Of a stretch of 64,000 bases of DNA, positions 46,701 to 59,800 are shown one piece after another; the first letter of the stretch is position 1, and each line of letters opens with the position of its first letter. This DNA is from Anaeramoeba ignava BMAN (lineage: Eukaryota; Protista; Anaeramoebae), in assembly GCA_028826165.1 (NCBI GenBank), contig JAPDFW010000087.1:257526-321525 (forward strand), given 5' to 3'. The translations under genes and the position numbers were made by a program. The notes under the pieces are model-generated. The model searched no databases, was not told the DNA's origin, and saw only the letters and a list, made by a program, of their open reading frames with translations.

Positions 46701-49207
46701 TTTTTTCCATTTCTTTTCTTTCCATTTCATTTTCTAAAACTGTTGATAAAATAAATTTTGGAAGAGCTTTACTGTGATATTTAATAGTTTTTCGATAATG
46801 AAAAATTAAATCACGTTCGGATTCAGATAAATTTTTAACTGGTGGATATAAAATAATAGACTATTTTTTGAATTTTAAATATATTTTGAATTTAAATATT
46901 TTTTTTGAATTTAAATATTTTTTTGAGTTTAAATATTTATTTTGAATTTAAATATTTATTTTGAATTTAAATATATTTTGAATTTAAATATTTATTTTGA
47001 ATTTAAATATATTTTGAATTTAAATATTTATTTTGAATTTAAATATATTTTGAATTTAAATATTTTTGAATTTAAATATTTTTTTGAATTTTAAATATAT
47101 TTTTAAACATACTTGAAGTTGTTTGAATTCTGAAAATGTTGGTGGTTCACTTGGTTCTGTAACATCTCTTGAATATTTTGGTACAATATCATTTTCTTGA
47201 TTATCTTTTTCAATATTATCAGGATTTCCTGATTTAATAGATTCAACAATTTTAGAATAATTCTCCATTTCAACATGAAAAATTTGAGTTGGAACTCTTT
47301 TTGCTTGTTTTCTAGTCATCCTTTTTTTTGAAGTATTTGGTCTTCTATTAACTGTTGATTGAGTTCTTTGATTTTTTTTAAATTTTCGAAGCCCTGAAAC
47401 AACTAAATTTGGATTTAAAGTGGAGTATTTTGACATGTTTAATTGTTTTTTATTTTGTATTAAATTAGTTCTTGTTTCATTTGTTTCATTTGTTTCATTT
47501 ATTTGATTTGTTTCATTTATTTCATTTATTTCCGTTGTTTCAATTGTTTCAGTTGTTTCAATTGTTTCATTTATTTCCGTTGTTTCAATTGTTTCAGTTG
47601 TTTCACTTATTTCAATTTTTGAAGGCATTGGATATTTTTCTTTATTAATTGATGGTCTTCTTTTTTGATTTTTTTTACCAAGTTTTGGTGATTTAATAAA
47701 TTTTATTGATTTTTCAATTTTTGGTGAACTTTTTTCTTGATAAAAACTATTGTCAACTTGTTTAATAATTTTTAAATTTAAAATTTCAAGTTCATTTTCA
47801 TTATTTTGATTTTGATTTTCAAATTGATTTTGATTTTGATTTTGATTTTGATTTTGATTTTGATTTTGATTTTGATTTTGATTTTGATTTTGATTTTGAT
47901 TTTGATTTTGATTTTCAATTTGATTTTGATTTTCAACTATATTTTCAATTATATTTTCATTTTCTGTTGGAACTGATTTTGATTGATTTTTATCTTTATT
48001 TCTTTTTGGATTAGATTTAATTTTTATTGGTAGTGTTTTATTTTCAAGATTATTTCCAGATTTATGATGTTGAAATTTATTTTGTAATTCGGATTGCAAA
48101 TCATTTTTACTTTTAATTTGAAATTTATTCTTATTTTTAAGTTCAAGTTTGTTTTGTTTTTCAATTCTTTTTTGATTTTTAATTTCTAGTTTTTTTTGGT
48201 TTTTAAGTTGAATTTGTTTTTGTTTTTCCAATTTTTTTTGATTTTTAAGTTCAAGTTTTTTTTGTTTTTCAATTTCATTTTGTTTTTGTTTTTCAGTTTC
48301 AATTTGTTTTTGTTTTTCAATTTCAATTTGTTTCTGTTTTTCAATTTCAATTTGTTTTTGTTTTTCAATTTCAATTTGTTTTTGTTTTTCAATTTCAATT
48401 TTGTTTTTGTTTTTCAATTTCAATTTGTTTTTGTTTTTCAATTTCAATTTGTTTTTGTTTTTCAATTTCAATTTGTTTTTGTTTTTCAATTTCAATTTGT
48501 TTTTGTTTTTCAATTTCAATTTGTTTTTGTTTTTCAATTTCAAGTTGTTTTGTTTTTCAATTTCAATTTGTTTTTGTTTTTCAATTTCAATTTGTTTTTG
48601 TTTTTCAATTTCAATTTGTTTTGTTTTTCAATTTCAATTTGTTTTAATTTTTTTGTTTTTGAATTGTTTCAAGTTCAATTTCAATTTGTTTTTGTTTTTC
48701 AATTTCAATTTGTTTTTGTTTTTCAATTTCATTTTGTTTCTGTTTTTCAATTTCAAATTGCTTTTGTTTTTCAATTTCAATTTGTTTCTGTTTTTCAATT
48801 TCAATTTCAAGTTGTTTTTGTTTTTCAATTTCAATTTGTTTTTGTTGATGTTTTTCATTTGTTATTAATTCACTAAATCTTGGTTTTGAATTGTTTTTTA
48901 TTTTGTTTTTTTGAATGTGTTTTTCATTTATAGATTTATATTGAGGTGGATCTTTTTTTCTTGAAATTGGAGCACTTTGACGTTCAATTTTTGATTTAGA
49001 ATTTGAATTTGAATCATTTTCTTGATTTTTTTCTTTCTGATTTGGAACTGGAAGTGAATAATAACAATTTGATTTGTTTTTTTCTTCCTTTTTTGTATTA
49101 TTTTGTTCTTGTTGAAGAAAATCTTTTCTTTGAACTGGATTTGAAGAGAAAAGTTTTCTTTGACCACTTTTTGGTTTAGGTTTTTTAAAAGTTAAATGTG
49201 TGCTCAT
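43708..49207 (-). CDS. VPS34: Class III PI3-kinase (Vps34-like) with a long low-complexity N-terminus in place of C2, 5 exons
   Basis: Exons 49207-47113 (frameshifts inside the KQKQIEIE repeat, ~48400-48645), 46860-46582, 45885-45078, 44404-44070 and 43848-43708. Helical domain (ALPKF..LELLS..IREFAV..YLLQLVQ); kinase motifs ([47 protein letters not shown]); Vps34 C-terminal IHQWAQYWR. Confidence 0.92.
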
Positions 49208-49738
49208 TTTTATTTAAAAAAAAAAAGAAGAATAAAAAAATGAAAAAAATGAAAAATGAAAAATGAAAATTAAATTAAATTGAATTTGGAAAATGAAAAT
49301 TAAATTGAATTTTTTTTTCAATTTAGAAAATAAAAATTAAATTAAATTGAATTAAATTAAATTAAATTTGGAAAATTAAAATTAAATTAAATTGAATTAA
49401 ATTGAATTTGGAAAATGAAAATTAAATTAAATTAAATTGAAATTGAATTTGGAAAATTAAAATTGAATTAAATTAAATTAAATTAAATTAAATTGAATTT
49501 GGAAAATGAAAATTAAATTAAATTAAATTAAATTGAATTTGGAAAATGAAAATTAAATTAAATTAAATTGAATTTGGAAAATGAAAATTAAATTAAATTA
49601 AATTGAATTTGGAAAATGAAAATTGAATTGAAATTAAATTGGATTTGGAAAGTTTTTTTATTTTTTGTTGATTAAAATCGAATTAAGAAAAAGAAAAGAA
49701 AAAAACAAAAAAAAAATTATTTCTTCATTTGATTTAAA

Positions 49739-50194
49739 TTATTTCTTTTTTGGTAAAACAGGAAGAGCTCTTGGAATAATACCACCACCATGAATAGTAA
49801 CACCATTTAAAAATTTATTTAATTCCCTATCACTTTTAATTGCTAAATGAATATGTCTTGGAACAACTCTTTGTTTTCCATGATCAATAGCAGCATTTCC
49901 AGCTAATTCAAGTACTTCTGCTGTTAAATATTCAAGAACTGCTGCTAAATAAACTGGTGCTCCTGCTCCAACTCTATTTGCAAATTTTCCTTCTCTTAAA
50001 TGTCTATGAATTCTTCCAACTGGGAATTCTAATCCTGCTTTAATTGATCTTGAAACTCCTTTTCCTTTCTTTTTTGGTTTATCTCCTTGTTTTGTTCCTT
50101 TCTTTTTTTTACTTTTACTTTTATCTGGTGATAAATATTCTTTTGCTTCTTCTGCAGTTTGTTGCATTGTTGATTTTTTTGATGGTTTTGACAT
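49739..50194 (-). CDS. H2A: Histone H2A, divergent, with an extended N-terminal tail
   Basis: Core motif [56 protein letters not shown]; intronless. Confidence 0.95.
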   Translation of the reverse strand: MSKPSKKSTMQQTAEEAKEYLSPDKSKSKKKKGTKQGDKPKKKGKGVSRSIKAGLEFPVGRIHRHLREGKFANRVGAGAPVYLAAVLEYLTAEVLELAGNAAIDHGKQRVVPRHIHLAIKSDRELNKFLNGVTIHGGGIIPRALPVLPKKK

Positions 50195-50366
50195 TATTAA
50201 TTAATTAATAATAAAAATAATTAAAAATAAAAAAAAAAATAAAAAAAAAAAATTTTAATTTATTTTTCTTTTATAAAAATATTAATTCTCTATTATCCAA
50301 TAATTTTTGATTTTTTATTTCTTTTTAAATCCAATATTATCCAATAATTTTTGATTTTTGATTTTC

Positions 50367-53300
50367 AATAATTTAATCAAAATATTTAATAATAATTAAT
50401 TAATATTTAATTTGGAAATTAATATAAAATTATAAATATAAATAAAATATAAATAAATAATAAATTAATTATTAATTAAATAATGAAATAAAATTAATTA
50501 AAATATTTAATTAATAATTTAATCAAAATATTTAATAATAATTAATTAATATTTAATTTGGAAATTAATATAAAATTATAAATATAAATAAAATATAAAT
50601 AAATAATAAATTAAATTATTAATTAAATAATGAAATAAAATTAATTAAAATATTTAATTAATAATTTAATCAAAATATTTAATAATAATTAATTAATATT
50701 TAATTTAGAAATTAATATAAAATTATAAATATAAATAAAATATAAATAAATAATAAATTAAATATTAATTAAATAATGAAATAAAATTAATTCAAAATAT
50801 TTAATTAATAATTTAATCAAAATATTTAATAATAATTAATTAATATTTAATTTGGAAATTAATATAAAATTATAAATAAAATAAAATATAAATAAATAAT
50901 AAATTAAATATTAATTAAATAATGAAATAAAATTAATTAAAATATTTAATTAATAATTTAATCAAAATATTTAATAATAATTAATTAATATTTAATTTAG
51001 AAATTAATATAAAATTATAAATATAAATAAAATATAAATAAATAATAAATTAAATATTAATTAAATAATGAAATAAAATTAATCAAAATATTTAATTAAT
51101 AATTTAATCAAAATATTTAATAATAATTAATTAATATTTAATTTAGAAATTAATATAAAATTATAAATATAAATAAAATATAAATAAATAATAAATCAAT
51201 TATTAATTAAATAATGAAATAAAATTAATTAAAATATTTAATTAATAATTTAATCAAAATATTTAATAATAATTAATTAATATTTAATTTGAAATTAATA
51301 TAAAATTATAAATATAAATAAAATATAAATAAATAATAAATTAAATATTAATTAAATAATGAAATAAAATTAATTAAAATATTTAATTAATAATTTAATC
51401 AAAATATTTAAATAATAATTAATTAATATTTAATTTAGAAATTAATATAAAATTATAATTATAAATAAAATATAAATAAATAATAAATTAATTATTAATT
51501 AAATAATGAAATAAAATTAATCAAAATATTTAATTAATAATTTAATCAAAATATTTAATAATAATTAATTAATATTTAATTTAGAAATTAATATAAAATT
51601 ATAAATATAAATAAAATATAAATACAAATAAATTAAACATTAATTAAATAATGAAATAAAATTAATCAAAATATTTAATTAATAATTTAATCAAAATATT
51701 TAATAATAATTAATTAATATTTAATTTAGAAATTAATATAAAATTATAATTATAAATAAAATATAAATAAATAATAAATTAAATATTAATTAAATAAAGA
51801 AATAAAATTAATTAAAATATTTAATTAATAATTTAATCAAAATATTTAAATAATAATTAATTAATATTTAATTTGGAAATTAATATAAAATTATAAATAT
51901 AAATAAAATATAAATAAATAATAAATTAAATATTAATTAAATAATGAAATAAAAATTAATTAAAATATTTAATTAATAATTTAATCAAAATATTTAATAA
52001 TAATTAATTAATATTTAATTTAGAAATTAATATAAAATTATAATTATAAATAAAATATAAATAAATAATAAATTAAATATTAATTAAATAATGAAATAAA
52101 ATTAATTAAAATATTTAATTAATAATTTAATCAAAATATTTAATAATAATTAATTAATATTTAATTTAGAAATTAATATAAAATTATAAATATAAATAAA
52201 ATATAAATAAATAATAAATTAAATTATTAATTAAATAATGAAATAAAATTGATCAAAATATTTAATTAATAATTTAATCAAAATATTTAATAATAATTAA
52301 TTTATATTTAATTTAGAAATTAATATAAAATTATAAATATAAATAAAATATAAATAAATAATAAATTAATTATTAATTAAATAATGAAATAAAATTAATT
52401 AAAATATTTAATTAATAATTTAATCAAAATATTTAATAATAATTAATTTAATATTTAATTTAAAATTAATATAAAATTATAAATATAAATAAAATATAAA
52501 TACAAATAAATTAAATATTAATTAAATAATGAAATAAAATTAATTAAAATATTTAATTAATAATTTAATCAAAATATTTAATAATAATTAATTAATATTT
52601 AATTTGGAAATTAATATAAAATTATAAATATAAATAAAATTATAAATAAATAATAAATTAATTATTAATTAAATAATGAAATAAAATTAATTAAAATATT
52701 TAATTAATAATTTAATCAAAATATTTAATAATAATTAATTAATATTTAATTTAGAAATTAATATAAAATTATAATTATAAATAAAATATAAATAAATAAT
52801 AAATTAATTATTAATTAAATAATGAAATAAAATTAATTAAAATATTTAATTAATAATTTAATCAAAATATTTAATAATAATTAATTAATATTTAATTTGG
52901 AAATTAATATAAAATTATAAATATAAAATAAATTATAAATAAATAATAAATTAATTATTAATTAAATAATGAAATAAAATTGATCAAAATATTTAATTAA
53001 TAATTTAATCAAAATATTTAATAATAATTAATTAATATTTAATTTAAAAATTAATATAAAATTATAAATATAAATAAAATATAAATAAATAATAAATTAA
53101 TTATTAATTAAATAATGAAATAAAATTAATCAAAATATTTAATTAATAATTTAATCAAAATATTTAATAATAATTAATTAATATTTAATTTAGAAATTAA
53201 TATAAAATTATAAATAAAAATAAATTATAAATAAATAATAAATCAAATATTAATTAAATAATGAAATAAAATTAATTAAAATATTTAATTAATAATTTAA

Positions 53301-56300
53301 TCAAAATATTAAATAATAATTAATTAATATTTAATTTACAAATTAATATAAAATTATAAATATAAATAAAATATAAATAAATAATAAATTAAATATTAAT
53401 TAAATAATGAAATAAAATTGATCAAAATATTTAATTAATAATTTAATCAAAAATATTAAATAATAATTAATTAATATTTAATTTGGAAATTAATATAAAA
53501 TTATAAATAAAAATAAAATATAAATAAATAATAAATTAAATATTAATTAATTAATGAAATAAAATTAATTAAAATATTTAATTAATAATTTAATCAAAAT
53601 ATTTAATAATAATTAATTAATATTTAATTTGGAAATTAATATAAAATTATAAATATAAATAAAATATAAATAAATAATAAATTAATTATTAATTAAATAA
53701 TGAAATAAAATTGATTAAAATATTTAATTAATAATTTAATCAAAAATATTTAATAATAATTAATTAATATTTAATTTAGAAATTAATATAAAATTATAAT
53801 TATAAATAAAATATAAATAAATAATAAATTAAATATTAATTAAATAAAGAAATAAAATTAATTAAAATATTTAATTAATAATTTAATCAAAATATTAAAT
53901 AATAATTAATTAATATTTAATTTGGAAATTAATATAAAATTATAAATATAAATAAATTATAAATAAATAATAAATTAAATATTAATTAAATAATGAAATA
54001 AAAATAATTAAAATATTTAATTAATAATTTAATCAAAATATTAAATAATAATTAATTAATATTTAATTTAGAAATTAATATAAAATTATAATTATAAATA
54101 AAATATAAATAAATAATAAATTAAATATTAATTAAATAAAGAAATAAAATTAATTAAAATATTTAATTAATAATTTAATCAAAATATTAAATAATAATTA
54201 ATTAATATTTAATTTAAAAATTAATATAAAATTATAAATATAAATAAAATATAAATAAATAATAAATTAATTATTAATTAAATAATGAAATAAAATTGAT
54301 CAAAATATTTAATTAATAATTTAATCAAAATATTTAATAATAATTAATTAATATTTAATTTACAAATTAATATAAAATTATAAATATAAATAAAATATAA
54401 ATAAATAATAAATTAATTATTAATTAAATAATGAAATAAAATTATTAAAATATTTAATTAATTATTTAATCAAAATATTTAATAATAATTAATTTATATT
54501 TAATTTACAAATTAATATAAAATTATAAATAAAAATAAAATATAAATACAAATAAATTAAATATTAATTAAATAATGAAATAAATTAATTAAAATATTTA
54601 ATTAATAATTTAATCAAAATATTTAATAATAATTAATTAATATTTAATTTGGAAATTAATATAAAAATTATAAATATAAATAAATTATAAATAAATAATA
54701 AATTAAATATTAATTAAATAATGAAATAAAATTAATTAAAATATTTAATTAATAAATTAATCAAAATATTTAATAATAACTAATTAATATTTAATTTAGA
54801 AATTAATATAAAATTATAATTATAAATAAAATATAAATAAATAATAAATTAATTATTAATTAAATAATGAAATAAAATTAATTAAAATATTTAATTAATA
54901 ATTTAATCAAAATATTTAATAATAATTAATTAATATTTAATTTGGAAATTAATATAAAATTATAAATAAAAATAAATTATAAATAAATAATAAATTAATT
55001 ATTAATTAAATAATGAAATAAAATTGATCAAAATATTTAATTAATAAATTAATCAAAATATTTAATAATAATTAATTAATATTTAATTTAAAAATTAATA
55101 TAAAATTATAAATATAAATAAAAATATAAATAAATAATAAATTAATTATTAATTAAATAATGAAATAAAATTAATCAAAATATTTAATTAATTATTTAAT
55201 CAAAATATTTAATAGTAATTAATTAATATTTAATTTAAAAATTAATATAAAATTATAAATAAAAATAAATTATAAATAAATAATAAATCAAATATTAATT
55301 AAATAATGAAATAAAATTAATTAAAATATTTAATTAATAATTTAATCAAAATATTAAATAATAATTAATTAATATTTAATTTAGAAATTAATATAAAATT
55401 ATAAATATAAATAAAATATAAATAAATAATAAATTAATTATTAATTAAATAATGAAATAAAATTAATCAAAATATTTAATTAATAATTTAATCAAAATAT
55501 TTAATAATAATTAATTAATATTTAATTTAAAAATTAATATAAAATTATAAATATAAATAAAATATAAATAAATATTAAATTAAACATTAATTAAATAATG
55601 AAATAAAATTGATCAAAATATTTAATTAATAATTTAATCAAAATATTTAAATAATAATTAATTAATATTTAATTTACAAATTAATATAAAATTATAAATA
55701 TAAATAAAATATAAATAAATAATAAATTAAATATTAATTAAATAATGAAATAAAATTAATCAAAATATTTAATTAATAATTTAATCAAAATATTTAATAA
55801 TAATTAATTAAATATTTAATTTAGAAATTAATATAAAATTATAATTATAAATAAAATATAAATAAATAATAAATTAAATATTAATTAAATAATTAAATAA
55901 ATTGATCAAAATATTTAATTAATAATTTAATCAAAATATTAAATAATAATTAATTAATATTTAATTTAAAAATTAATATAAAATTATAAATAAAAATAAA
56001 ATTATAAATAAATAATAAATCAAATATTAATTAAATAATGAAATAAAATTAATTAAAATATTTAATTAATAATTTAATCAAAATATTAAATAATAATTAA
56101 TTAATATTTAATTTGGAAATTAATATAAAATTATAAATATAAAATAAAATATAAATAAATAATAAATTAAATATTAATTAAATAATGAAATAAATTAATC
56201 AAAATATTTAATTAATTATTTAATCAAAATATTTAATAATAATTAATTAATATTTAATTTAGAAATTAATATAAAATTATAAATTTAAATAAATTATAAA

Positions 56301-56780
56301 TAAATAATAAATTAAATATTAATTAAATAATGAAATAAAATTAATTAAAATATTTAATTAATAATTTAATCAAAATATTTAAATAATAATTAATTAATAT
56401 TTGATTTACAAATTAAAATTATAAATATAAATAAAATATAAATAAATAATAAATTAAATATTAATTAAATAATGAAATAAAATTAATCAAAATATTTAAT
56501 TAATAATTTAATCAAAATATTTAATAATAATTAATTAATATTTAATTTGGAAATTAATATAAAATTATAAATAAAAATAAATTATAAATAAATAATAAAT
56601 TAAATATTAATTAAATAATGAAATAAATTAATCAAAATATTTAATTAATAATTTAATCAAAATATTTAATAATAACTAAAAAATATTTAATTTGGAAATT
56701 AATATAAAATTATAAATATAAATAAAATATAAATAAATAATAAATTAAATATTAATTAAATAATGAAATAAAATTGATTA
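50367..56780. repeat. Satellite array, 44 copies of a ~146-bp, ~97% AT unit
   Basis: The marker TTT(GG/AG/AA/AC)AAATTAATAT recurs at 50414, 50560, 50707, 50854 ... 56549 and 56694; (56694-50414)/146 = 43.0 intervals. Confidence 0.97.
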
Positions 56781-56860
56781 TTTAAGATGTAATTTTTATT
56801 AATTAATTAGTTGTTTTTTTTTCTCATCTTTATCAAAAAAAAAAAGTCTAAGAAAATCAA

Positions 56861-59800
56861 TCAATTTTTTGTAACCCAAACACTTCTGCACAAAGGACAA
56901 TCAGGAGCATCTTTTACAGATGTCTCAAACCATTTATATAAGCAAATAGCATGAAACTTATGATGACAAGTTTGGCAAGTCAGACGCGGTAAAGATTTGT
57001 CAGTGAGATGAACAATAGAATAACAAATAGGACAAGGCTCTCTTCCTTCAAACCGTTTGTGAACATTTTTGAACCAATAACGAATCACATTGACAATTTT
57101 TTGATCTTGAGTTGAAAAAATTTGGATCATTGAATAAATCCATTTTCGCCACACTTTCTCAACACCAAGCAATCTACTTGGATTAATGCGAATCAAACGA
57201 AGAGGATAATCTTTTGGTAACTCAACAGCAATCTCAAGTGTGAATTCTTCATGTTTGTAAATAATCGTGATTTCTCTTCTTTTTTTGTCAACATGAATCA
57301 CTTGATTTGATTTTTGAGGCATTTTCGATACTTCATCTAGTTCCTTTTGTATGAGAATTGGGCTGATATTATTCATCACAAACCGTTGCACTTTCCGACT
57401 CAATCGTGATGATGTGATTGATGAAAACCAGAATCTTATTGTTGATGGGAATTTGACAAATGTAAGAAATAAAAGTTGCGATGAATATTTTCGAAGTGAA
57501 TTTGATTCCTTTGTTTCCAAATACTGTTTTGATTGTGCATATGTTTCTGCTTGTTCGAGCCCAATTTCTACTTGTGTTATTAGTAAGAGAAGATTAAAAA
57601 AATGTGGTGCATAGTGTGATCGAATTTTGTCAATGAAACCTGTTCCTTTTTCTTGTTCTGAAAAATTTGAATCCAGAAAATCAAGCGCAATTTCCCAAAC
57701 TACTAAAAAGGAGTTGTATTCGTTTTCTCTTCGATAAATATCTGCTTTGAAATTGTCTTGAAGTTTCTTGTGGAAATTGTTCAAGTTTTTGATGTATTTA
57801 TTTCTTTGCATTTTGTCAATAGTCAATTGCAAAATATCAAGAATTTCCGATTTATAACAAATATTTCGAACAAATGTTGCAGTTGCAAATTGTATGCTTT
57901 TATTGGGTGAAAAAAGCATATTAAAGAAATAGTCGACAAGAATATTTTTTTCATTCAAATAAAATTTTTCATTTTCATTTTCATTTTGATTTTGATTTTG
58001 ATTTTGATTTTGATTTTGATTTTGATTTTGATTTTGATTTTGAATTGATAAATTGTCTTGTATTTCACTCACAAATAATTTGCGGAAATTGTCCATGGGC
58101 ATAATTGGGATGATATCAACTAAAATCCAAAGAATCGCTTCCATTTTCTTAATATTAGCTTCATTTAAATTGTTCAAATTCAAGAAAAATTTAAGTACAA
58201 AATTCTCGGTTTGTGAATCAAATTGATCTGGATCCAAATTATTTAAAAACACAAAAAACCGATACAACAATAAATAGGAATAATTTTCTAATTGAGATGA
58301 AACATAGCTTGGAGAAAAATACTGGGATAATTTTTGGATTGTAAAAGTGAAATGTTGTGCAATATCTTTTGATGTTGATAATTCTTGAATTTCTTGTAAT
58401 TCTTGAATTTCTTGTTTTTGATTCATTTTGTGATTGTATAATTTCCAAAAAGAAGAAATAAACCCAAGATTTTCTGATGAAAGATTGTGCCATTTCACAA
58501 TATGAGAAATAAGTTCAGTATCAATATGGGCATCTTTGCAAAGACAAATACTCATCATTTCGAGATGTTGCAAAGCTTTGGATATGTTTGCATTATCGAA
58601 AGACAAACTCAAAAATTGTGTGTAATTCATTGCATAAATAATTTCCAAAAAATCCTCGTTTCCAATCATCGAGGTAGTTATTGAAGCGCAAAGTAAAAAG
58701 GGAATATTTGATTGTGTTTGTTTTTCTTCCGAAACCATAAGTTGCATAAAATAGTTTGTTTTTTCTTCCAAAAATTTTGGCAACGACTTGATTTTCCAAA
58801 TATTTGGCAAATTATGAAGAATTATTGAAACACTTAAAATATGACTTCCTCCTTTTTCTTCTGCAGTTTTCAAGCCTTTTTGGATCAATTCATCCAAAAC
58901 TTTCTCGTTTTCTTCTTTCTCGAGAAATGGGAACACAATATCTGTAAGTATTTCATGAATTTGATTTTTTTGTGTTTGTGGCTCAAGCAAAAGTAGTATT
59001 CTTTGGTGTTCATCAAATAAAAAAGCTTGAATATCAATAATTCCTTGAAGAAATTCAACTGATTTGAGATATTCATCTGCTCCAATAATTTCTAATAAAT
59101 GGAAAAGAAGAACCAATGTTGAATAATTGGGTTGTATTTGGCATAGATTAATGAGAACTTCAAGCTGTTGTTCAATATTAAAACACAAATCTGTGATTAA
59201 ATGATAAACTTGATTTATTCCGCTTCCCTGGTGGTTATGTATTGATATTATATATTCTAGTATTTGCTTTCGAAATTCTGTGCCGAAATAATCAGTGTTA
59301 AATTTTTTGGGAAATGTTTCAATAATTATATCCCAAATATCTTCAATATAACTATCATAATAATCATCTTCTTCTTTGACTTCCTCAAATGGAAGTTGTT
59401 GGAATTTGTCCATTTGGAATAATTTGATACGATCTTCTTCCCGAAGGAAATGCACTTCATTTTCGTTTATATTCTCGTTTATATTTTCGTTTGTATTTTC
59501 GTTTATATTCTCGTTTATATTTTCGTTTATAATTTCATTTATAAGCTTGTTATCAATTTCTTGATCCTCGTCTTGACCTTGATTTTGATCGTTGTCTTTT
59601 TCATGGAAATCACATTTACTAAAAAATTTTAAAAGTAATTTAAATTGCCAATTCTTAAGTTCAGATCCTTCGGGAAATATATAAGTAAGAATTGGCACAA
59701 TAAGTGATAAAGGATCCAATTTTTCAAGGTTATTAATAAAATATTCCTCAATTTTTAAGAGCATATCTTCTGATAAAAGAGAGGAATTAAGACAAAGCTC

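Noticed and set aside
33245-49207. Inteins in the AAA ATPase or the PI3K
   Set aside because: The conserved motifs are contiguous after splicing; no Hint-domain N-terminal block, LAGLIDADG motif or HN-C/S/T junction was seen.
50367-56780. CRISPR-like array or repeated ncRNA genes
   Set aside because: The units are contiguous with no unique spacers and ~97% AT, with no cas genes or structured-RNA features; the context is eukaryotic.
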